The position numbers and the translations under genes are program-made. Under the pieces are notes generated by a model. That model was not told where the DNA came from and made no database searches. It saw only the letters and a list, made by a program, of their open reading frames with translations. DNA of 64,000 bases, taken from Bugula neritina (taxonomy: Eukaryota; Animalia; Bryozoa). The stretch covers positions 372,001 through 436,000 of the forward strand of contig CAXIUT010000183.1 of assembly GCA_964035545.1 (NCBI GenBank), written 5' to 3'. Shown here in pieces: positions 27,501-42,900 of the stretch. Positions within the stretch are counted from its first letter, which is position 1. Each line of letters begins with the position of its first letter.

Positions 27501-30500
27501 ATACTGAAATATACTGCGACACATTGCAATATACTGCAACATACCAAAATATATGGTAAACTACTGAAATATACTTTAACACATTGAAAAATACTGCAAC
27601 ATACTGAAATATACTGTAACACACTGAAATATACTGCAACATACTGAAATACACTGTAACATACTGAAATAAACTGCAACATACCAAAATATATGGTAAA
27701 CTACTGAAATATACTTTAACACATTGAAAAATCCTGCAACATACTAAAATATACTGCGACACATTGCAATATACTGTAACATACTGAAATATGCTCTAGC
27801 ACACTGAAATACACTGCAACTCACTGAAATATACTGCAACATACTGAAATACACTGCAACACATTGAAATATACTGCAACCTACAGAAATAGGTGGTAAA
27901 CTACTGAAATATACTGTAACACATTGAAAAATACTGCAACATACTGAAATATACTGCGACACATTGTAATATACTGTAACATACTGAAACATACTGTAGC
28001 ACACTGAAATAGACTGCAGCTCACTGAAATATACTGCATTATACTGAAATTCACTGCAGTATCCTACAACATGCTGAAATACACTGTAACATATTGAAAT
28101 ACACTGCAACAAACTACAACATATTGAAATACACTGCAACGCATTGAAAGACACTGCAACACATTGAAATATACTGCAACCTATAGAAATATATGGTAAA
28201 CTACTGAAATATACTGTAACACATTGAAAAATACTGCAACATACTGAAACATACTGCGACACATTGCAATATACTGTAACATACTGAAACATGCTGTAGC
28301 ACACTGAAATAGACAGCAGCTCACTGAAATATACTGCAACATACTGAAATTCACTGCAGCATCCTACAACATGCTGAAATACACTGTAACATATTGAAAT
28401 ACACTGCAACACATTGAAATATACTGCAACACACCGCAATATATGGTAAACTACTGAAATATACTGTAACACATTGAAAAATACTGCATCATACTGAAAT
28501 AAACTGCGACATAATGCAATATTCTGTAACATACTGAGATATGCTGTAGCACACTGAAATACACTGCAACTCACTGAAATATACTGCAACATACTGAAAA
28601 ACACTGCAACATATTGAGACATACTGCAACATACTGCAACATACTGAAATACACTGTAACATCCTGAAATACATTGCAAAATACTGCAACATATTGAAAT
28701 ACACTGCAACACATTGAAATATACTGCAACATACCTAAATATCCGGTAATATACTGAAATATACTGTAACACATTGAAAAATACTGCAACATACTGAAAT
28801 ACACTGCAACCCACTGAAATACATCGCAAAAGACTACAACATACTGAAATACACTGTAACATATTGAAATACACTGCAACACATTGAAATATACTGCGAC
28901 CTATAGAAATATATGGTAAACTACTGAAATATACTGTAACACATTGAAAAATACTGCAAGATACTGAAATATACTGTGACACATTGCAATATACTGTAAC
29001 ATATTGAAATATGCTCAAGCACACTGAAACACACTGCACCTCACTGAAACATACTGCAACATACTGAAATACACTGCAACATCCTACAACATACTGAAAT
29101 ACACTGCAACATATTGAAAGACACTGCAAGACAATGAAATATACTGCAACATAGTGAAATATACTGTAACACACTGAAATATACTGCAACATACTGAAAT
29201 ACACTGCTACATACTGAAATATACTGCAACATACTGCAACATACTGAAATACACTGTAACATACTGAAATACACTGCAACAAACTACAACATATTGAAAT
29301 ACACTGCAACACATTGAAATATACTGCAACATACCTAAATATACGGTAATATAGCGGAAAAAAACTGTAACAGATTTACAAATTCTGCAACATACTGAAA
29401 TATACTGCGACACATTGCAATATACTGTAACATACTGAAACATGCTCTAGCACACTGAAATACACTGCAACCCACTGAAATATACTGCAACATACGGAAA
29501 TACACTGCAACACATTGAAATACACTGCAACATACCAAAATAAATGGTAAACTACTGAAATATAATTTAACACATTGAAAAATACTGCAACATACTGAAA
29601 TATACTGTAACACACTGAAATATACTGCAAAATACTGAAATACACTGTAACATATTGAAATACACTGCAACAAACTACAACATATTGAAATACACTGCAA
29701 CGCATTGAAAGACACTGCAACACATTGAAATATACTGCAATATACCAATATATATGGTAAACTGCTGAAATATACTTTAACACATTGAAAAATACTGCAA
29801 CATACTGAAATATACTGTAACACACTGAAATATACTGCAACATACTGCAACAATCTGAAATACACTGTAACATACTGAAATACACTGCTACAAACTACAA
29901 CATATTGAAATACACTGCAACACATTGAAATATACTGCAACATACCTAAATATACGGTAATATACCGAAAAAAAACTGTAACAGATTGAAAAATTCTGCA
30001 ACATACTGAAATAAACCGCAACACACTGAAATACATCGCAAAATACTACAACATGCTGAAATACACTGTAACATATTGAAATACACTGCAACACTTTGAA
30101 ATATACTGCAACATACCGAAATATATGTTAAACTACTAAAATATACTGTAACACTTTGAAAAACAGTGCAACATACTGAAATATACTGCGACACTTTGCA
30201 ATGTACTGTAACATACTGAAATATGCTGTAGCACACTGAAATACACTGCAACTCACTGAAATATACTGCAACATATTGAAATACACTGCAACATCCTACA
30301 ACATGCTAAAATACACGGTAACATATTGAAATACAGTACAACACGTTGAAATATACTGCAACATACCGGAATATATGGTAAAGTACTGAAATATACTTTA
30401 ACACATTGAAAAATACTGCAACATACTGAAATATACTGTAACACACTGAAATATACTGCAACATACTGAAATACACTGTAACATACTGAAATAAACTGCA

Positions 30501-33500
30501 ACATACCAAAATATATGGTAAACTACTGAAATATACTTTAACACATTGAAAAATCCTGCAACATACTAAAATATACTGCGACACATTGCAATATACTGTA
30601 ACATACTGAAATATGCTCTAGCACACTGAAATACACTGCAACTCACTGAAATATACTGCAACATACTGAAATACACTGCAACACATTGAAATATACTGCA
30701 ACCTACAGAAATAGGTGGTAAACTACTGAAATATACTGTAACACATTGAAAAATACTGCAACATACTGAAATATACTGCGACACATTGTAATATACTGTA
30801 ACATACTGAAACATACTGTAGCACACTGAAATAGACTGCAGCTCACTGAAATATACTGCATTATACTGAAATTCACTGCAGCATCCTACAACATGCTGAA
30901 ATACACTGTAACATATTGAAATACACTGCAACAAACTACAACATATTGAAATACACTGCAACGCATTGAAAGACACTGCAACACATTGAAATATACTGCA
31001 ACCTATAGAAATATATGGTAAACTACTGAAACATACTGTAACACATTGAAAAATACTGCAACATACCTAAATATCCGGTAATATACTGAGATATACTGTA
31101 ACACATTGAAAAATACTGCAACATACTGAAATACACTGCAACCCACTGGAATACATCGCAAAAGACTACAACATACTGAAATACACTGTAACATATTGAA
31201 ATACACTGCAACACATTGAAATATACTGCAACCTATAGAAATATATGGTAAACTACTGAAACATACTGTAACACATTGAAAAATACTGCAACATACTGAA
31301 ACATACTGCGACACATTGCAATATACTGTAACATACTGAAACATGCTGTAGCACACTGAAATAGACTGCAGCTCACTGAAATATACTGCAACATACTGAA
31401 ATTCACTGCAGCATCCTACAACATGCTGAAATGCACTGTAACATATTGAAATACACTGCAACACATTGAAATATACTGCAACATACCGCAATATATGGTA
31501 AACTACTGAAATATACTGTAACACATTGAAAAATACTGCATCATACTGAAATAAACTGCGACATAATGCAATATTCTGTAACATACTGAGATATGCTGTA
31601 GCACACTGAAATACACTACAACTCACTGAAACATACTGCAACATACTGAAATACACTGTAACATCCTACAACATACTGAAATACACAGTAACATATTGAA
31701 ATACACTGCAACACATTGAAATATACTGCAACATACCTAAATATACGGTAATATACTGAAATATACTGTAACACATTGAAAAATACTGCAAGATACTGAA
31801 ATATACTGTGACACATTGCAATATACTGTAACATATTGAAATATGCTCAAGCACACTGAAACACACTGCACCTCACTGAAACATACTGCAACATACTGAA
31901 ATACACTGCAACATCCTACAACATACTGAAATACACTGCAACATATTGAAAGACACTGCAAGACAATGAAATATACTGCAACATAGTGAAATATACTGTA
32001 ACACACTGAAATATACTGCAACATACTGAAATACACTGCTACATACTGAAATATACTGCAACATACTGCAACATACTGAAATACACTGTAACATACTGAA
32101 ATACACTGCAACAAACTACAACATATTGAAATACACTGCAACACATTGAAATATACTGCAACATACCTAAATATACGGTAATATAGCGGAAAAAAACTGT
32201 AACAGATTTACAAATTCTGTAACATACTGAAATATACTGCGACACATTGCAATATACTGTAACATACTGAAACATGCTCTAGCACACTGAAATACACTGC
32301 AACCCACTGAAATATACTGCAACATACGGAAATACACTGCAACACATTGAAATACACTGCAACATACCAAAATAAATGGTAAACTACTGAAATATAATTT
32401 AACACATTGAAAAATACTGCAACATACTGAAATATACTGTAACACACTGAAATATACTGCAAAATACTGAAATACACTGTAACATATTGAAATACACTGC
32501 AACAAACTACAACATATTGAAATACACTGCAACGCATTGAAAGACACTGCAACACATTGAAATATACTGCAATATACCAATATATATGGTAAACTGCTGA
32601 AATATACTTTAACACATTGAAAAATACTGCAACATACTGAAATATACTGTAACACACTGAAATATACTGCAACATACTGCAACAATCTGAAATACACTGT
32701 AACATACTGAAATACACTGCAACAAACTACAACATATTGAAATACACTGCAACACATTGAAATATACTGCAACATACCTAAATATACGGTAATATACCGA
32801 AAAAAAACTGTAACAGATTGAAAAATTCTGCAACATACTGAAATAAACTGCGACACACTGAAATACATCGCAAAATACTACAACATGCTGAAATACACTG
32901 TAACATATTGAAATACACTGCAACACTTTGAAATATACTGCAACATACCGAAATATATGTTAAACTACTAAAATATACTGTAACACTTTGAAAAACAGTG
33001 CAACATACTGAAATATACTGCGACACTTTGCAATGTACTGTAACATACTGAAATATGCTGTAGCACACTGAAATACACTGCAACTCACTGAAATATACTG
33101 CAACATATTGAAATACACTGCAACATCCTACAACATGCTAAAATACACGGTAACATATTGAAATACAGTACAACACGTTGAAATATACTGCAACATACCG
33201 GAATATATGGTAAAGTACTGAAATATACTGTAACACACTGAAAAATACTGCAACATACTGAAATATACTGCGACACATTGCAATATACTGCAACATACCA
33301 AAATATATGGTAAACTACTGAAATATACTTTAACACAATGAAAAATACTGCAACATACTGAAATATACTGTAACACACTGAAATATACTGCAACATACTG
33401 AAATACACTGTAACATACTGAAATAAACTGCAACATACCAAAATATATGGTAAACTACTGAAATATACTTTAACACATTGAAAAATCCTGCAACATACTA

Positions 33501-34650
33501 AAATATACTGCGACACATTGCAATATACTGTAACATACTGAAATATGCTCTAGCACACTGAAATACACTGCAACTCACTGAAATATACTGCAACATACTG
33601 AAATACACTGCAACACATTGAAATATACTGCAACCTACAGAAATAGGTGGTAAACTACTGAAATATACTGTAACACATTGAAAAATACTGCAACATACTG
33701 AAATATACTGCGACACATTGTAATATACTGTAACATACTGAAACATACTGTAGCACACTGAAATAGACTGCAGCTCACTGAAATATACTGCATTATACTG
33801 AAATTCACTGCAGCATCCTACAACATGCTGAAATACACTGTAACATATTGAAATACACTGCAACAAACTACAACATATTGAAATACACTGCAACGCATTG
33901 AAAGACACTGCAACACATTGAAATATACTGCAACCTATAGAAATATATGGTAAACTACTGAAATATACTGTAACACATTGAAAAATACTGCAACATACTG
34001 AAACATACTGCGACACATTGCAATATACTGTAACATACTGAAACATGCTGTAGCACACTGAAATAGACAGCAGCTCACTGAAATATACTGCAACATACTG
34101 AAATTCACTGCAGCATCCTACAACATGCTGAAATACACTGTAACATATTGAAATACACTGCAACACATTGAAATATACTGCAACATACCGCAATATATGG
34201 TAAACTACTGAAATATACTGTAACACATTGAAAAATACTGCATCATACTGAAATAAACTGCGACATAATGCAATATTCTGTAACATACTGAGATATGCTG
34301 TAGCACACTGAAATACACTGCAACTCACTGAAATATACTGCAACATACTGAAAAACACTGCAACATATTGAGACATACTGCAACATACTGCAACATACTG
34401 AAATACACTGTAACATCCTGAAATACATTGCAAAATACTGCAACATATTGAAATACACTGCAACACATTGAAATATACTGCAACATACCTAAATATCCGG
34501 TAATATACTGAAATATACTGTAACACATTGAAAAATACTGCAACATACTGAAATACACTGCAACCCACTGAAATACATCGCAAAAGACTACAACATACTG
34601 AAATACACTGTAACATATTGAAATACACTGCAACACATTGAAATATACTG
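21500..34650. repeat. Higher-order repeat domain 2, 5754-bp unit; the first copy carries an extra 2051-bp tandem duplication
   Basis: Offsets 24499->30253 and 27331->33085 are 5754, 22448->24499 is 2051, and 21530->29335 is 7805 (5754+2051). Private variants GATTTACAAA and TATAATTTAAC are confined to this domain. Confidence 0.85.
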
Positions 34651-37600
34651 CGACCTATAGAAATATATGGTAAACTACTGAAATATACTGTAACGCATTG
34701 AAAAATACTGCAACATACTGAAATATACTGTAACAAACTGAAATATACTGCAACATACTGAAATACACTGTAACATATTGAAATAAACTGCAACATACTG
34801 AAGTACACTGCAACATCCTACAACATACTGAAATACAATGTAACATATTGAAACACACTGCAACACATTGAAATATACTGCCATGTACCGAATTATATGG
34901 TGGACTACTGAAATATACTGTAACACATTGAAAAATACTGCAAGATACTGAAATATACTGCGACACATTGCAATATACTGTAACATACCGAAATATATGG
35001 TAAACTATTGAATTATACTGTAACACATTGAAAAATACTGAAACAAACTGAAATATACTCTGACACAATGCAAAATACTGTAACATACTGAAATATGCTG
35101 TAGCACACTGAAATACACTGCAACTCACTGAAATATACTGCAACATACTGAAAAACACTGTAACATATTGAGACATACTGCAACATACTGCAACATACTG
35201 AAATACACTGTAACATACTGAAATACATTGCAAAATACTGCAACATATTGAAATACACTGCAACACATTGAAATATACTGCAACATACCTAAATATCCGG
35301 TAATATACTGAGATATACTGTAACACATTGAAAAATACTGCAACATACTGAAATACACTGCAACCCACTGAAATACATCGCAAAAGACTACAACATACTG
35401 AAATACACTGTAACATATTGAAATACACTGCAACACATTGAAATATACTGCAACCTATAGAAATATATGGTAAACTACTGAAATATACTGTAACACATTG
35501 AAAAATACTGCATCATACTGAAATATACTGCGACATAATGCAATATTCTGTAACATACTGAGATATGCTGTAGCACACTGAAATACACTACAACTCACTG
35601 AAACATACTGCAACATACTGAAATACACTGTAACATCCTACAACATACTGAAATACACAGTAACATATTGAAATACACTGCAACACATTGAAATATACTG
35701 CAACATACCTAAATATACGGTAATATACTGAAATATACTGTATCACATTGAAAAATACTGCAAGATACTGAAATATACTGTGACACATTGCAATATACTG
35801 TAACATACTGAAATATGCTCAAGCACACTGAAACACACTGCACCTCACTGAAACATACTGCAACATACTGAAATACACTGCAACATCCTACAACATACTC
35901 AAATACACTGCAACATATTGAAAGACACTGCAAGACAATGAAATATACTGCAACATACTGAAATATACTGTAACACACTGAAATATACTGCAACATACTG
36001 AAATACACTGCTACATACTGAAATATACTGCAACATACTGCAACATACTGAAATACACTGTAACATACTGAAATACACTGCAACAAACTACAACATATTG
36101 AAATACACTGCAACACATTGAAATATACTGCAACATACCTAAATATCCGGTAATATACTGAAATATACTGTAACACATTGAAAAATACTGCAACATACTG
36201 AAATACACTGCAACCCACTGAAATACATCGCAAAATACTACAACATACTGAAATACACTGTAACATATTGAAATACACCGCAACACATTGAAATATACTG
36301 CAACCTACAGAAATAGGTAGTAAACTATTGAAATATACTGTAACACATTGAAAAATACTGCAACATACTGAAATATACTGCGACACATTGCAATATACTG
36401 TAACATACTGAAATATGCTCTAGCACACTGAAATACACTGCAACCCACTGAAATATACTGCAACATACGGAAATACACTGCAACACAATGAAATACACTG
36501 CAACATACCAAAATAAATGGTAAACTACTGAAATATACTTTAACACATTGAAAAATACTGCAACATACTGAAATATACTGTAACACACTGAAATATACTG
36601 CAACATACTGAAATACACTGTAACATACTGAAATAAACTGCAACATACTGAAGTACACTGCAACATCCTACAACATACTGAAATACAATGTAACATATTG
36701 AAACACACTGCAACACATTGAAATATACTGCAATGTACCGAATTATATGGTGGACTACTGAAATATACTGTAACACACTGAAAAATACTGCAAGACACTG
36801 AAATATACTGCGACACATTGCAATATACTGTAACATACTGAAATATGCTACAGCACACTGAAATACACTGCAACTCACTGAAATATACTGCAACATATTG
36901 AAATGCACTGCAACATTCTACAACATGCTGAAACACACTGTAACGTATTGAAATACACTGAAACACATTGAAATATACAGCAACATACCGAAATATATGG
37001 TAAACTACTGAAATAGACTGTAACACATTGCAAAAGACTGCAACATACTGAAATATACTGCGACACAATGCAATATACTGTAACATACTGAGATATGCTG
37101 TAGCACACTGAAATACACTGCAACTCACTGAAATATACTGCAACATACTGAAAAACACTGTAACATATTGAGACATACTGCAACATACTGCAACATACTG
37201 AAATACACTGTAACATCCTGAAATACATTGCAAAATACTGCAACATATTGAAATACACTGCAACACATTGAAATATACTGCAACATACCTAAATATCCGG
37301 TAATATACTGAAATATACTGTAACACATTGAAAAATACTGCAACATACTGAAATACACTGCAACCCACTGAAATACATCGCAAAAGACTACAACATACTG
37401 AAATACACTGTAACATATTGAAATACACTGCAACACATTGAAATATACTGCAACCTATAGAAATATATGGTAAACTACTGAAATATACTGTAACGCATTG
37501 AAAAATACTGCAACATACTGAAATATACTGTAACAAACTGAAATATACTGCAACATACTGAAATACACTGTAACATACTGAAATAAACTGCAACATACTG

Positions 37601-39900
37601 AAGTACACTGCAACGTCCTACAACATACTGAAATACAATGTAACATATTGAAACACACTGCAACACATTGAAATATACTGCCATGTACCGAATTATATGG
37701 TGGACTACTGAAATATACTGTAACACATTGAAAAAAAAAAAAAGATACTGAAATACACTGCAACACATTGAAATATACTGCAACCTATAGAAATATATGG
37801 TAAACTACTGAAATATACTGTAACACATTGAAAAATACTGAAACAAACTGAAATATACTCTGACACAATGCAAAATACTGTAACATACTGAAATATGCTG
37901 TAGCACACTGAAATACACTGCAACTCACTGAAATATACTGCAACATACTGAAAAACACTGTAACATATTGAGACATACTGCAACATACTGCAACATACTG
38001 AAATACACTGTAACATACTGAAATACATTGCAAAATACTGCAACATATTGAAATACACTGCAACACATTGAAATATACTGCAACATACCTAAATATCCGG
38101 TAATATACTGAGATATACTGTAACACATTGAAAAATACTGCAACATACTGAAATACACTGCAACCCACTGAAATACATCGCAAAAGACTACAACATACTG
38201 AAATACACTGTAACATATTGAAATACACTGCAACACATTGAAATATACTGCAACCTATAGAAATATATGGTAAACTACTGAAATATACTGTAACACATTG
38301 AAAAATACTGCATCATACTGAAATATACTGCGACATAATGCAATATTCTGTAACATACTGAGATATGCTGTAGCACACTGAAATACACTACAACTCACAG
38401 AAACATACTGCAACATACTGAAATACACTGTAACATCCTACAACATACTGAAATACACAGTAACATATTGAAATACACTGCAACACATTGAAATATACTG
38501 CAACATACCTAAATATACGGTAATATACTGAAATATACTGTATCACATTGAAAAATACTGCAAGATACTGAAATATACTGTGACACATTGCAATATACTG
38601 TAACATACTGAAATATGCTCAAGCACACTGAAACACACTGCACCTCACTGAAACATACTGCAACATACTGAAATACACTGCAACATCCTACAACATACTC
38701 AAATACACTGCAACATATTGAAAGACACTGCAAGACAATGAAATATACTGCAACATACTGAAATATACTGTAACACACTGAAATATACTGCAACATACTG
38801 AAATACACTGCTACATACTAAAATATACTGCAACATACTGCAACATACTGAAATACACTGTAACATACTGAAATACACTGCAACAAACTACAACATATTG
38901 AAATACACTGCAACACATTGAAATATACTGCAACATACCTAAATATCCGGTAATATACTGAAATATACTGTAACACATTGAAAAATACTGCAACATACTG
39001 AAATACACTGCAACCCACTGAAATACATCGCAAAATACTACAACATACTGAAATACACTGTAACATATTGAAATACACTGCAACACATTGAAATATACTG
39101 CAACCTACAAAAATAGGTGGTAAACTATTGAAATATACTGTAACACATTGAAAAATACTGCAACATACTGAAATATACTGCGACACATTGCAATATACTG
39201 TAACATACTGAAATATGCTCTAGCACACTGAAATACACTGCAACCCACTGAAATATACTGCAACATACGGAAATACACTGCAACACATTGAAATACACTG
39301 CAACATACCAAAATAAATGGTAAACTACTGAAATATACTTTAACACATTGAAAAATACTGCAACATACTGAAATATACTGTAACACACTGAAATATACTG
39401 CAACATACTGAAATACACTGTAACATACTGAAATAAACTGCAACATACTGAAGTACACTGCAACATCCTACAACATACTGAAATACAATGTAACATATTG
39501 AAACACACTGCAACACATTGAAATATACTGCAATGTACCGAATTATATGGTGGACTACTGAAATATACTGTAACACACTGAAAAATACTGCAAGATACTG
39601 AAATATACTGCGACACATTGCAATATACTGTAACATACTGAAATATGCTACAGCACACTGAAATACACTGCAACTCACTGAAATATACTGCAACATATTG
39701 AAATACACTGCAACATTCTACAACATGCTGAAACACACTGTAACGTATTGAAATACACTGCAACACATTGAAATATACAGCAACATACCGAAATATATGG
39801 TAAACTATTGAAATAGACTGTAACACATTGCAAAAGACTGCAACATACTGAAATATACTGCGACACAATGCAATATACTGTAACATACTGAAATATGCTC
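34320..39900. repeat. Higher-order repeat domain 3, 2800-bp tandem duplication
   Basis: Constant offset of 2800 for landmarks 34325/37125, 35125/37925, 35588/38388, 36011/38811, 36305/39105 and 36875/39675. Shared private variant CATACTCAAATACAC at ~35895 and ~38695. Confidence 0.85.
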
Positions 39901-42900
39901 TAGCACACTGAAATACACTGCAACTCACTGAAATATACTGCAACATACTGAAATACACTGCAACACATTGAAATATACTGCAACCTACAGAAATAGGTGG
40001 TAAACTACTGAAATATACTGTAACACATTGAAAAATACTGCAACATACTGAAATATACTGCGACACATTGTAATATACTGTAACATACTGAAACATACTG
40101 TAGCACACTGAAATAGACTCCAGCTCACTGAAATATACTGCATTATACTGAAATTCACTGCAGCATCCTACAACATGCTGAAATACACTGTAACATATTG
40201 AAATACACTGCAACAAACTACAACATATTGAAATACACTGCAACGCATTGAAAGACACTGCAACACATTGAAATATACTGCAATATACCAATATATATGG
40301 TAAACTGCTGAAATATATTTTAACACATTGAAAAATACTGCAACATACTGAAATATACTGTAACACACTGAAATATACTGCAACATACTGAAATACACTG
40401 CTAGATACTGAAATATACTGCAACATACTGCAACAATCTGAAATACACTGTAACATACTGAAATACACTGCAACAAACTACAACATATTGAAATACACTG
40501 CAACACATTGAAATATACTGCAACATACCTAAATATACGGTAATATACCGAAAAAAAAACTGTAACAGATTGAAAAATTCTGCAACATACTGAAATAAAC
40601 TGTAACATATTGAAATACACTGCAACACTTGGAAATATACTGCAACATACCGAAATATATGTTAAACTACTTAAATATACTGTAACACTTTGAAAAACAG
40701 TGCAACATACTGAAATATACTGCGACACTTTGCAATGTACTGTAACATACTGAAATATGCTGTAGCACACTGAAATACACTGCAACTCACTGAAATATAC
40801 TGCAACATATTGAAATACACTGCAACATCCTACAACATGCTAAAATACACTGTAACATATTGAAATACAGTACAACACATTGAAATATACTGCAACATAC
40901 CGGAATATATGGTAAAGTACTGAAATATACTGTAACACACTGAAAAATACTGCAACATACTGAAATATACTGCGACACATTGCAATATACTGCAACATAC
41001 CAAAATATATGGTAAACTACTGAAATATACTTTAACACATTGAAAAATACTGCAACATACTGAAATATACTGTAACACACTGAAATATACTGCAACATAC
41101 TGAAATACACTGTAACATACTGAAATAAACTGCAACATACCAAAATATATAGTAAACTACTGAAATATACTTTAACACATTGAAAAATCCTGCAACATAC
41201 TAAAATATACTCTAACACACTGCAAGATACTGCAACATACCGAAATACACTGTAACATAGTGAAACGCACTGCAACATATTGCATTATACTGACATACAC
41301 TGGAACATATTGAAATACACTGCAACATCCTACAACATGCTGAAATACGCTGTAACATATTGAAATACACTGCAACACATTGAAAAATACTGCAACATAC
41401 CGAAATATATGGTAAACTATTGAATTATACTGTAACACATTGAAAAATACTGAAACAAACTGAAATATACTCTGACACAATGCAAAATACTGTAACATAC
41501 TGAAATATGCTGTAGCACACTGAAATACACTGCAACACATTGAAATATACTGCGACCTATAGAAATATATGGTAAACTACTGAAATATACTGTAACGCAT
41601 TGAAAAATACTGCAACATACTGAAATATACTGTAACAAACTGAAATATACTGCAACATACTGAAATACACTGTAACATACTGAAATAAACTGCAACATAC
41701 TGAAGTACACTGCAACATCCTACAACATACTGAAATACAATGTAACATATTGAAACACACTGCAACACATTGAAATATACTGCCATGTACCGAATTATAT
41801 GGTGGACTACTGAAATATACTGTAACACATTGAAAAATACTGCAAGATACTGAAATATACTGCGACACATTGCAATATACTGTAACATACTGAAATACAC
41901 TGCTAGATACTGAAATATACTGCAACATACTGCAACAATCTGAAATACACTGTAACATACTGAAATACACTGCAACATCCTACAACATACTGAAATACAC
42001 TGCAACATATTAAAAGACACTGCAAGACAATGAAATATACTGCAACATACTGAAATATACCGTAACACACTGAAATATACTGCAACATACTGAAATACAC
42101 TGCTACATACGGAAATATACTGCAACATACTGCAACATACTGAAATACACTGTAACATACTGAAATACACTGCAACAATCTACAACATATTGAAATACAC
42201 TGCAACACATTGAAATATACTGCAACATACCTAAATATACGGTAATATAGCGGAAAAAAACTGTAACAGATTGACAAATTCTGCAACATACTGAAATATA
42301 CTGCGACACATTGCAATATACTGTAACATACTGAAATATGCTCTAGCACACTGAAATACACTGCAACCCACTGAAATATACTGCAACATACGGAAATACA
42401 CTGCAACACATTGAAATACACTGCAACATACCAAAATAAATGGTAAACTACTGAAATATACTTTAACACATTGAAAAATACTGCAACATACTGAAATATA
42501 CTGTAACACACTGAAATATACTGCAACATACTGAAATACACTGTAACATATTGAAATACACTGCAACAAACTACAACATATTGAAATACACTGCAACGCA
42601 TTGAAAGACACTGCAACACATTGAAATATACTGCAATATACCAATATATATGGTAAACTGCTGAAATATACTTTAACACAATGAAAAATACTGCAACATA
42701 CTGAAATATACTGTAACACACTGAAATATACTGCAACATACTGCAACAATCTGAAATACACTGTAACATACTGAAATACACTGCAACAAACTACAACATA
42801 TTGAAATACACTGCAACACATTGAAATATACTGCAACATACCTAAATATACGGTAATATACCGAAAAAAAAACTGTAACAGATTGAAAAATTCTGCAACA

